From assembly GCA_045105515.1 (NCBI GenBank), contig JBGCDR010000177.1, forward strand, positions 1 through 64,000: a stretch of DNA of 64,000 bases, read 5' to 3'. This DNA comes from Oligoflexales bacterium (lineage in GTDB: Bacteria; Bdellovibrionota_B; Oligoflexia; Oligoflexales; Bog-1112). Under the pieces are notes generated by a model. That model had not been told where the DNA came from. It worked only from the letters and a program-made list of their open reading frames with translations, and searched no databases. Positions within the stretch are counted from its first letter, which is position 1; each line of letters starts with the position of its first letter. The position numbers were made by a program, and so were the translations under genes. This document shows, in pieces, positions 31,456-40,212 of this stretch.

Positions 31456-32718
31456 CTAGAAGACTATCTTTGACTTTGTGTAAATGTCTCCTTCTCCAGT
31501 AAAATGCTTCGTTTCCTTGGGTAGTAGGAGAGTGTTTTCACTGTAAATTTCAATTTGAAATTTTTTTATAATTGCTTGTGGATGCCAGCTAGGTTTTGCA
31601 TGAGTTATCAATAGTACATTTTGCTCACTTTGTTTCAAAATGGAACAGTCAAAATCTTCATAAAAATTAGGGTTTACTGTTTCTTGTTTTAGAGAGCCGA
31701 TCCAATTTCTATTCAAAATAACTTGGAACAATCCGGATTTAATGAAAATGCCAGAGATTTTTAGACTACATTTAGGTAGTCGCGTTCCAGGGGCGAAATG
31801 AAGAGATTGTTCTGAAAATAAATCATTACTAGCTTTTTCTGCAATATAACTGTCAACTTTTTTTATAAAGGTTGGTATCCCATTGATATATATAGTGCCT
31901 TTGCGGCTTAAGATTTTATTATCTTCTGGTAAATAGAAAAGGTGGCGCTTTTTGTACATGGAATGTATTTTATGCGAGTCTAGCCCATACCATTGCGCAG
32001 CCTTTTTACTATAACAGCTAAAAATTGCGATTGATTGAGTTGTTTGTTCTCTTCCTGTAAACAAGGATTTTGGAAATGGATTTAGATCATAGTCATATAA
32101 TATTCCTTGTTCATTACCATGAGCAATTACTATGAGATTCCTTATCTTGGGGTCTTTTAAGATTGATTTTAATTCCTCAATATCAATGCCATACAGTATA
32201 TTCCATTCCAATTTTAGCTCTTTTAAAGAATTTTTGAGCCTTTTTTCTACATTTTTCCCTTCTTTATTTAGGATTGCTAAACGAAAATTTCTAAGTTCTT
32301 GATTGAGGTGCCAATCCTTGAATTGGTAGTAGCTCATTTTAGTTCCATAGTTTTCTGAGCTAATAAATGGTTTTTTATAATTTAGGAGAGATACCTTGAT
32401 TTTGTTTCTGATAATTTGATTTGCAATTTTTTTACTAGATAATTTTTGTTTATTTAGTTCTTCCCTGCTTGAAAAATGACGTTGCCCAAGACTAATAATT
32501 AGGTTGTAAGTATTTGGTCTGATGATCTTGCTTTTTATAGATGGCTTAGAATCATACTCTTCCCCAATCGGTGTGCTTAATTTTTTTGCATGAATAACAA
32601 ACGTAATTGGTTCAAGCCATTCTTTAAGTGAAAATACTGGTGAAGAGGAATATGCTTGGGTATTAGGACCTAGAAAGATCATTATTACTAGAATTAGACT
32701 TCTTGGTGATTTTAGCAA
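31456..32718 (-). CDS. Exported hypothetical protein with caspase/hemoglobinase-like HG...SC dyad
   Basis: Signal peptide ending TQA; LIVIAHG then IAIFSCYS about 36 residues later. Confidence 0.55.
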   Translation of the reverse strand: MLKSPRSLILVIMIFLGPNTQAYSSSPVFSLKEWLEPITFVIHAKKLSTPIGEEYDSKPSIKSKIIRPNTYNLIISLGQRHFSSREELNKQKLSSKKIANQIIRNKIKVSLLNYKKPFISSENYGTKMSYYQFKDWHLNQELRNFRLAILNKEGKNVEKRLKNSLKELKLEWNILYGIDIEELKSILKDPKIRNLIVIAHGNEQGILYDYDLNPFPKSLFTGREQTTQSIAIFSCYSKKAAQWYGLDSHKIHSMYKKRHLFYLPEDNKILSRKGTIYINGIPTFIKKVDSYIAEKASNDLFSEQSLHFAPGTRLPKCSLKISGIFIKSGLFQVILNRNWIGSLKQETVNPNFYEDFDCSILKQSEQNVLLITHAKPSWHPQAIIKKFQIEIYSENTLLLPKETKHFTGEGDIYTKSKIVF

Positions 32719-32844
32719 TTATACCCACCTTCACCTATCCCTTTAAAAGGGAAGAATAAGTAAGTTCTCGCATGTAGAGAAGTGAGAAGCCAACCTCCCC
32801 AGAGGGCTGTAAGCTTCAGCAGCCAAAAAGTTATTAGAAACCGA

Positions 32845-33393
32845 TTATTTACAGAGCGCCTTGAAAGCAATATCCTTTTCAGAGTCAGAGTAGTCTCCTT
32901 GGTTAAGAACTTTCTCGACAAAGTCACGAGAAAGTGCAATCTGACCGTTTACTTTCTCTTTCGGGTCCGTATTTGCATCATTATCTATAATTTCTACTCT
33001 ATTTAGAAGATCTTCTTTACTTATTATTTCTCCCTCGGATCCAATTTTTTTGAATTGTTTTGTTCGTATCTGTAAAGTACCATCGATCACTTTTACACTA
33101 TTCCCTATTTTGTACAATTCACTTTTAAGCAGCATTCCTTCATGAGTCTGAGCTAAGAAGGGTAATTGCTCATCAAAGTTATCTATAAGGGATCCTGAGT
33201 TTAAGATTAGCCCTAAAGGAGGAATAAAAAACAGGCAGATTAGACCAGCAATACAACAATCATGTCTGGTATGGTCATCGTGAGAAAAAGCAGCAATAAT
33301 CAAGGCATCTGCTCTCTGTGTAGGCATCAAAACTTGACTACTTGCTAATATAGTACATGTTAGGGTAAACGACCCAATCATCTTCTTAAGCAT
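32845..33393 (-). CDS. Hypothetical exported/membrane protein
   Basis: AAGGAG RBS; signal ending RADA; hydrophobic Cys-rich segment HDCCIAGLICLFFIPPLGLIL. Confidence 0.75.
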   Translation of the reverse strand: MLKKMIGSFTLTCTILASSQVLMPTQRADALIIAAFSHDDHTRHDCCIAGLICLFFIPPLGLILNSGSLIDNFDEQLPFLAQTHEGMLLKSELYKIGNSVKVIDGTLQIRTKQFKKIGSEGEIISKEDLLNRVEIIDNDANTDPKEKVNGQIALSRDFVEKVLNQGDYSDSEKDIAFKALCK

Positions 33394-33971
33394 GCGATAC
33401 TCCTTTAATATCGGATTTCCAATTTGTGAAATAAAACTATAACGCGAATTATATAATAATAGTTAAGAACCCATGTCAATTAATAAGCCTTCTAAAAAAA
33501 AAGATTAATAACTACCTATGGTGGAAGAACTAATATAATAGATAAAGTATTTGTGAAAAGATTTTTACATGTTGTTTGCAGCTATTGTATTGGTACTTGA
33601 AGTGGATTTTCTTCAATTGATCCTCTGTTCAAATAGCAAAAATTATATGGTAATCAAAATTTTAAACTCACTAGTTGAAGTAAATTTCGAATGGAAAAAT
33701 GGAGTGTATTTGGTGTTATTAAAGAAACGTTTTTGCAATTAAGTTCTCAATGGATACCTAAAAGTAATTCCAAATCCGAAATTAAAGATCCTGAGCATGC
33801 CGTCAGTTTTGGGATTTAGGATGACTTTGTAAGTGCCTTGTTTTGAGGCAAAGTGCTTTGCTTTTCTTGGCCTATTTTAGGAAAGATTGACCGCTGAAAT
33901 GATGTTGATCTATATCAGTAGTGAGCAGGCGTTGATGCTGTGGTAAAAATTTACATATTTAGGAAGTAGTT

Positions 33972-34346
33972 ATGCCTTACACAACCTACAAGTTTCTTCA
34001 CATTCTCGGAATCCTGGCTGTTTTTATGGCTTGGGGGGCCCTAGCAATTTATCGGTTCAGTGGCGAAAGCAAATTAGGTCCTTCAAAAGCGACCTTTCGA
34101 CTTATCATGCTAACCCACGGTTTAGGCTTGATCTTAGCGCTGGTCGCTGGTTTTGGACTGGTAGCGCGTTTGGGAATTAACGGTCAGTGGCCCTGGTGGA
34201 TAAGTATAAAACTACTAATCTGGCTGATGCTTGGGGCAGGTGTGGTCATGCTTAAGCGATTTCCGCAGCTACTGAGGGTATGGTGGTTTGCTCTTATTGG
34301 CCTGGCATCACTGGCATTGTATCTAGTGGTTTACAAGCCTTTTTGA
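33972..34346 (+). CDS. Small 4-TM membrane protein (SirB/DUF2269-like)
   Basis: Y..YK.LH, HG.GL....V.GFG...R, W...KL.IW, terminal KPF. Confidence 0.75.
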   Translation: MPYTTYKFLHILGILAVFMAWGALAIYRFSGESKLGPSKATFRLIMLTHGLGLILALVAGFGLVARLGINGQWPWWISIKLLIWLMLGAGVVMLKRFPQLLRVWWFALIGLASLALYLVVYKPF

Positions 34347-34789
34347 AAACGAGCCATTTCAATTGGTCTTGGCTGCTCGGTTTAAATCTATAAGTTTCTG
34401 AAAATATTTATAATTTCTTTGGGGTCCCTAGGGCGAAGAATTTACTGCCCTTAGGTTTTGCGGTTAACATCCTAAAATTATATGTGTTATTGGAGTCATG
34501 CTAAAAGTATTAGCCAAGTTTTGTTCATGTTTCTATGCTCTTTATTAAACGAGCTTGATTTTCAAGTGCGTTGATAAACCAAGAGCTTGCCAAACAGGAG
34601 CAAAATATAGATGAGGACGTTACTCCTTAATGATTACTAAAGACCATTCTTACGAAAGATCATCTTAATTGATGAGGCTTGGTGAGTCTAATTTTCCTTT
34701 AAGCTCACTGCTCCTGTATGCCCTCCCAATATGGCGAGAAATCGCTACTCACCTGCCTATATTGGCTCACAAGTGTAAGAATGCAGAGG

Positions 34790-34823
34790 CTGAAGTTAGG
34801 GGGGATCCCCCTCCCACCTTCAG
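34790..34823 (-). terminator. Hairpin immediately downstream of the pabB-like gene
   Basis: CTGAAG (34790-95) pairs with CTTCAG (34818-23) around a G/C-rich core, next to the stop at 34825. No clear U-tract. Confidence 0.4.
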
Positions 34824-34824
34824 G

Positions 34825-36120
34825 TTAACGAGTGATGACTCGACATTTGGCATCTATCTCACTTATCTCGTGATTTGGATGACTTAGGAGAACAATACCG
34901 CTCCCGGCGGCATATTCTAAGGAATTAATGGCTCCTGGTTTACTGACAAGGGTTCTTATCAGAATTGATGAGTCGAAAAACCCCGAATCGTCGAGGTAGA
35001 AACAATTTCCCATAAAATAGCCTCTGTTTCTGCCTTCAGATTCAATAATCGCTTTCATTACCTCTTCTTTTGGAGCTCCAGTAATCGAGCCTCCAGGGGC
35101 AAGCTTAGCGAAAAAATCTCGTAAGCTTAATCCGTCTCTTAGATTTGATTTGATGCTAGCTTCAAGATGATAAACTTGCTTGAATGATTTTATTCTCGCT
35201 GCCTCATTTACTTGAACAGTTCCTTTAGCTGATATTTTGTTGAGGTCATTGCGCATTAAATCGACAATCATGTGAAGCTCTTGATGATCCTTTCGACTAT
35301 TTTTTAGCCATTCTAATGCTTCTAAATCTTTTAATTTGTCTTGATCTCTTCCAATGGTTCCCTTGATAGGAAAAGCGATTGCTGAGAGTTTCCCTTGCTG
35401 AGGAAGCAGCTGTACAAATCGTTCCGGGCTGAATGAAATCAGGTTTAGATCACTGAGAGAAAAGATTGCTCCAAAAGGTCCCGCTTGATCAAAAAATCGT
35501 GGGATGAGATCTGTCCTGTTATGCATGCCCGCTACCATAAAATAGCGCAGCAAATTGATTTGGTAGTATCTTCCATTTCTGATATCTGCAATTGCTTCCT
35601 TACATTGATCTAGATAGCTTTCTCTAGATTTATAGGCTTTGAGGTGAAGCTTGGTAATAGCTTGTGAGTAATAGGAATAGAAGCCTTTGCGTTGCAACTG
35701 TTGAAATCTTGATAGAAACATTGAGGCATCAACGGATTGTTTAGTCATTTTGGCTAGGTGAGGATCTTTCCTTTCACATAAGAAAAGACGCAAGCTCTTT
35801 TGATCAAAAACTAAGGTCTTATTGACTCTAAACACTCTCGATGGTCTTTTTTTACTTTCTGTTTTTAGGTAAGGGCAGAATTCATCATAGCTCACTACGC
35901 CCAAATACCCAGAAATAAATGGCAGATCTTGTTCGAATCCTTGTGTATTAAGAGGCAAATCCATAAGTTTTACAAAATCGATTTCGTAAAAACTTATTGG
36001 AAGGATAGTAAAATCGCTATCTCCGCCTAAAAAAAGGAGAGCGAATTCAGAGGGCCAAGCATTGATAATTTGCTCAGGAGGAAAGTATTTTAATTCTTTG
36101 ATAAACGTTTTTTTTTGCAT
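34825..36120 (-). CDS. pabB: Chorismate-binding enzyme, aminodeoxychorismate synthase component I-like
   Basis: GYLGVVSYD, I..G.YYQINL, SFSPERF, PIKGT, ELHMIVDLMRNDL, PGGSITGAPK, DSSILIRT, GSGIV. Confidence 0.82.
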   Translation of the reverse strand: MQKKTFIKELKYFPPEQIINAWPSEFALLFLGGDSDFTILPISFYEIDFVKLMDLPLNTQGFEQDLPFISGYLGVVSYDEFCPYLKTESKKRPSRVFRVNKTLVFDQKSLRLFLCERKDPHLAKMTKQSVDASMFLSRFQQLQRKGFYSYYSQAITKLHLKAYKSRESYLDQCKEAIADIRNGRYYQINLLRYFMVAGMHNRTDLIPRFFDQAGPFGAIFSLSDLNLISFSPERFVQLLPQQGKLSAIAFPIKGTIGRDQDKLKDLEALEWLKNSRKDHQELHMIVDLMRNDLNKISAKGTVQVNEAARIKSFKQVYHLEASIKSNLRDGLSLRDFFAKLAPGGSITGAPKEEVMKAIIESEGRNRGYFMGNCFYLDDSGFFDSSILIRTLVSKPGAINSLEYAAGSGIVLLSHPNHEISEIDAKCRVITR

Positions 36121-36215
36121 AGAATAAATCGTCCTTTTACGAACATAGCTTTGCTTATTTAAAAAATATTTTGTTTTTTTTAAAGAGCTTTCATTTTAGG
36201 CAAGGAGAGCGGTAG

Positions 36216-37070
36216 ATGGCGGTAGCAGGTTTTGGTCGCATAGCAGTTGTTGGTGCTGGTCAAATGGGACGTGGAATAGCGCAGGTTTGTGCCTGTCAAG
36301 GAATTGAGGTCTCTTTGATGGACCTTAATGAAAATGTCCTCGAAATCGCAAAAACCAGTATTTTTAAATCAGTAACAAAATTACAATCCAAAGGAATCAT
36401 AAGTGAAAGTGAGATGAAGGCAACTGAGTCGATTGTCTATGTAAATCGCTTTGAAGAATTAGCTGCTCCAGACCTTGTGATTGAAGCGATTGTGGAAAAC
36501 GAGTCCATTAAAAAGGAAGTTTTTTTGAAGCTTGATAATCTACTTCCGAGTAAAACTATTTTTGCTTCAAACACTTCGTCGTTGCCTATAACTCGCTTGG
36601 CTTCTGCTACGAAAAGGCCAGAAATGTTTGTTGGAATGCACTTTATGAACCCAGTGCCCTTAATGAAGCTAGTAGAGGTGATACCAGGTTTAGCCACAAA
36701 GGAAGATATCATACAAAGAATTTCTCATCTTGCTACAGGCCTAGGAAAAGAAGTTTCAATGAGCAAAGATTACCCTGGTTTTGTTGTTAATCGGATTCTT
36801 ATGCCTATGATTAATGAGGCTTTTACCGCATTGATGGAAGGGGTGGCTACTGCTGATGATATCGATAAAGGTATGAAGCTGGGAACCAATCAGCCAATGG
36901 GTCCACTGACTCTCGCTGATTTTATTGGCTTAGATACCTGCCTTGCTATCATGGAAGTTCTATACAAAGGTTTTGGTGATTCTCGGTATCGGCCATCTGC
37001 ACTTCTAAAGCAATATGTGGATGCAGGTTGGCTTGGTCGTAAAACCGGTAGAGGAGTCTATCAGTACTAA
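36216..37070 (+). CDS. hbd: 3-hydroxybutyryl-CoA dehydrogenase
   Basis: GAGQMGRGIA, IEAIVEN, ASNTSS, GMHFMNPVPLM, PGFVVNRIL, PMGPL.LAD.IGLDT, GRKTGRG. Confidence 0.95.
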   Translation: MAVAGFGRIAVVGAGQMGRGIAQVCACQGIEVSLMDLNENVLEIAKTSIFKSVTKLQSKGIISESEMKATESIVYVNRFEELAAPDLVIEAIVENESIKKEVFLKLDNLLPSKTIFASNTSSLPITRLASATKRPEMFVGMHFMNPVPLMKLVEVIPGLATKEDIIQRISHLATGLGKEVSMSKDYPGFVVNRILMPMINEAFTALMEGVATADDIDKGMKLGTNQPMGPLTLADFIGLDTCLAIMEVLYKGFGDSRYRPSALLKQYVDAGWLGRKTGRGVYQY

Positions 37071-37209
37071 CCTTGAGCCCATTGTGTACTTGACCTTTTT
37101 GTTGATGGGACTTAGAAAGGGTTGTGGGTGTCACAAGCGAACTGTTATTTGAGGGCGTGTTTCTAATTCTAGAAGCACAACTATTTCTTCATTATAGGTG
37201 GGCTTCGGT

Positions 37210-37695
37210 ATGCGGAAAATTATTGCAAGATTTCAAAAGGATCTAGGTAAGCTACAGGCAACTTTGCAAAAAGAAAGTAACGACCTTTTGGAGAAAGTAA
37301 AACATTTGGAGCTAATTGATAGCCTTGATATAAAAAAACGCGAGCTTGAGAAGCTTTTTCAAAAGAAATTAAAAAAACTTGAGCCAGCCTATCTTCAATT
37401 TGTTGGAGAGTTGCGCAAAAACGCAAAGAAGGCTGGGATAGATATCGACAAACTTGAAAAAGATATTAAGGGCAAAGCAAATGTTGCCTCAAAGACCATT
37501 AAGAAAACTACTTCGACTCAAAAGAAAAAAGTAAAAGCTGGAACAAAAAAGGCAAAATCAAAGATTTCCAGCACTATAAAAACTGTCAAAAAGAAGGTTG
37601 ACAAAGCTGCTCAAAAGAAAAAAAGTACCACTAAGAAACCTACCAAAAAAACAGTAACAAAAAAGAAAACGACGGGATCGAAGAAAAAAACCTAG
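37210..37695 (+). CDS. Lys-rich histone H1-like protein with N-terminal coiled coil
   Basis: The C-terminal ~70 aa are dominated by K/T/S/A (KKTTSTQKKKVK...KKKSTTKKPTKKTVTKKKTT). Confidence 0.7.
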   Translation: MRKIIARFQKDLGKLQATLQKESNDLLEKVKHLELIDSLDIKKRELEKLFQKKLKKLEPAYLQFVGELRKNAKKAGIDIDKLEKDIKGKANVASKTIKKTTSTQKKKVKAGTKKAKSKISSTIKTVKKKVDKAAQKKKSTTKKPTKKTVTKKKTTGSKKKT

Positions 37696-37697
37696 AT

Positions 37698-38843
37698 ATG
37701 ACAATCCAAAAAGAATCGCAAATCAAAAATTTCTTAAAAAATACCGAGAATGAAAACTTTACTCATTTACTTGAAATGTCCCCAGTACTTGTAAAATGGT
37801 ATCAAGCGAATAAGCGCCCCTTACCTTGGCGGATGATTTGGGAACAGCACCGTGATCCCTATCATATCTGGGTAAGTGAGGTGATGTTACAGCAGACTAT
37901 CATAAGTGTGGTAATTCCCAAGTATCATAACTTTCTTGAAGCTTTTCCTAGCGTCTATGACTTAGCAAATAGCTGCGATGAAGAGGTAAAAAAAGCTGTG
38001 AGAGGCTTAGGTTACTATCGAAGGTTTTCTATGCTTCATCAGGGGGCTAAGCAAGTAGTGGCTAATTCAAAAGGCAGTGATAGCCCAGTTTGGCCTACGG
38101 ACTTCAAGGCTTGGAAGGAACTTCCAGGTGTCGGAGATTATACAGCCGCTGCAGTAAGTAGCATAGCTTTTGGAGAGGTGCAGGCTGTTGTGGATGGGAA
38201 TGTCGAGCGGGTTTTTTGCCGTTTGTTTGATATACGTCTTCCTCCTAATCTTCCTCTTTTGAAAAATAGTTTTAAAAGACTTGGTAACTTTTGTATCGAT
38301 CGCAAACATCCAGGAGATTTTAATCAGGCCATCATGGAGCTCGGACAGTCCATCTGTACTCCTAGTGAACCATCTTGTGATATATGTCCTGTGAAACGAT
38401 GGTGTCATGCCAGTAACAACGCATCTACAGCTGTTTCACCTGCTCCTAAAATAAAGAAGGAATTTGTAAAACTTGATCTGAACCTGGTCATTTTTCGGAA
38501 GAAAGGGCAGATCGGACTTTTAAAGCGGCCACAGAGTGCCAAGTTTCTCAAAGGTACTGATGGCTTCCTTACCTTGCTTAAGCATGGTGAAACTTTCATT
38601 CCTGACGGTTTTGAAAATCCTTATAAGAATGCTCTAAAGCTACAAAATCTGGGAGTCGTATCCCATAATATTACTAATCACCGCTTGAAGGTTCAGGTAT
38701 CTTCTGCTGACCATAAGAAAGTTCCAAAAGGAAGGGAAGTAGAATGGCTTAAAGCGCCACAAGTTGAGGCGCGGTTGCTGGCAAATTTAGATCGTAAGGC
38801 TTGGAATCTATTCCTGAAGCAGGAGCGGGAGCTGGTAAACTGA
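37698..38843 (+). CDS. mutY: A/G-specific adenine glycosylase
   Basis: R.LPWR, DPY.IWVSEVMLQQT, GLGYYRR, LPGVG.YTA.A, VDGNVERV, FNQAIMELG, C-x6-C-x2-C-x5-C Fe-S motif. Confidence 0.95.
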   Translation: MTIQKESQIKNFLKNTENENFTHLLEMSPVLVKWYQANKRPLPWRMIWEQHRDPYHIWVSEVMLQQTIISVVIPKYHNFLEAFPSVYDLANSCDEEVKKAVRGLGYYRRFSMLHQGAKQVVANSKGSDSPVWPTDFKAWKELPGVGDYTAAAVSSIAFGEVQAVVDGNVERVFCRLFDIRLPPNLPLLKNSFKRLGNFCIDRKHPGDFNQAIMELGQSICTPSEPSCDICPVKRWCHASNNASTAVSPAPKIKKEFVKLDLNLVIFRKKGQIGLLKRPQSAKFLKGTDGFLTLLKHGETFIPDGFENPYKNALKLQNLGVVSHNITNHRLKVQVSSADHKKVPKGREVEWLKAPQVEARLLANLDRKAWNLFLKQERELVN

Positions 38844-39267
38844 ACCGCCACTTTGAGAATCCCCAGAACATTATTTAAGCTCTGCCTTCGGACATGAGCT
38901 TTACAATAAGAATTTCGCCGCTATCATATACATAGGAATTATTACGATTTGGTATTGCTTTGCTGCAAACCAAAGTTTGCTCTCTCGAAAAATAGAGGGT
39001 CTATCATGTGCTTCTTATTTATTTTATTTTAGTCTTAAAGTTTTGGCGTATTGCTTGGTAATTTGATGGGCAGGGGTTTTTATAGTTTCCCATTGTTCCT
39101 ATTTTTCTAAATGACAACATGGAAGTGTCAGCAATTGTCAAGTGTAAAAAGTTGTGATACATGAACCTATTTGTTAAGGGAAGCCTTTCGTGAGAGGTTC
39201 CAGTGTACCAGCAAAAATAAGATGAGATTTTGCAGTTAAGGATTAAATATGAAGGAGGAGTCACTCA

Positions 39268-40212
39268 GTGATTGAAGTAAGCAAGTTAACCCGGAAGTAT
39301 GGCACCTTTACGGCGGTGAAAGGAGTCTCTTTTTCCATACCTAAAGGTCAAATTGTTGGTCTACTAGGGCACAACGGTGCAGGAAAAACAACGACTCTCA
39401 AGGTCTTGACGGGCTATTTAGAAGCCACTTCTGGAGATGTGACCATTGATGGTAAGGATATCAAGGATCATATGCTTGATATTCAAGCAAGGATTGGTTA
39501 TCTTCCAGAAAACTCCCCTCTTTACCCGGATATGACTGTTGTTCAATACTTAGACTATGTAGCTCAGCTGCGTTCTATGCCCTCAGAATCGATTGGAAGA
39601 GGTATTCGTGAAGCAATTGAAGCTACGGATTTGGGGTCAAAATCAGGTGAAAAAATAGGCACCCTTTCTAAAGGCTATAGGCAGCGGGTCGGAGTTGCTC
39701 AAGCAATCATTCATCGGCCAGATATTCTAGTTCTTGATGAACCAACCAATGGCTTAGATCCGACTCAGATTTTAGCAATGCGTAAGCTTATAAAGGATTT
39801 AAGTCAGTCTGCTACGGTTATTTTGTCGACACATATTATGCAAGAAGTTGAAGCAATTTGTGATCGGGTCATCATTGTTCTGGATGGCAGAATTGTGATT
39901 GATTCTCTTCTAGCTGACCTTAGGAAAGGCAATTGTATTCAAGTCGGACTTAAAGAGAGTATGAACGAGGTTAAGCCGGTCCTATCATCAATCACAGGGA
40001 TTGAGGGAGTAAGCGTCGGCAACAGCTCTATTGAAGGAATCAATCAATACGTTGTGGAAGCTAAAGGCGATGATCCTGCTATCGCGGCAAGTGTGGCTAA
40101 AGCTGTGGTCGACAATGGGTGGTCATTGTATGCCCTACATAGGGATCAAAGGGATCTAGAAACCGTCTTTAGAGAAGCAAACAGTGGATCAAAAGGAGCT
40201 GCTCATGTCTAA
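39268..40212 (+). CDS. ABC transporter ATP-binding protein, GldA-like
   Basis: GHNGAGKTT, LSKGYRQRVG, LDEPTNGLDP, STH. Confidence 0.93.
   Translation: MIEVSKLTRKYGTFTAVKGVSFSIPKGQIVGLLGHNGAGKTTTLKVLTGYLEATSGDVTIDGKDIKDHMLDIQARIGYLPENSPLYPDMTVVQYLDYVAQLRSMPSESIGRGIREAIEATDLGSKSGEKIGTLSKGYRQRVGVAQAIIHRPDILVLDEPTNGLDPTQILAMRKLIKDLSQSATVILSTHIMQEVEAICDRVIIVLDGRIVIDSLLADLRKGNCIQVGLKESMNEVKPVLSSITGIEGVSVGNSSIEGINQYVVEAKGDDPAIAASVAKAVVDNGWSLYALHRDQRDLETVFREANSGSKGAAHV

Noticed and set aside
34669..34887. 72-aa plus-strand ORF
   Set aside because: No clear RBS or motif, overlaps the pabB-like 3' end and runs through hairpins.
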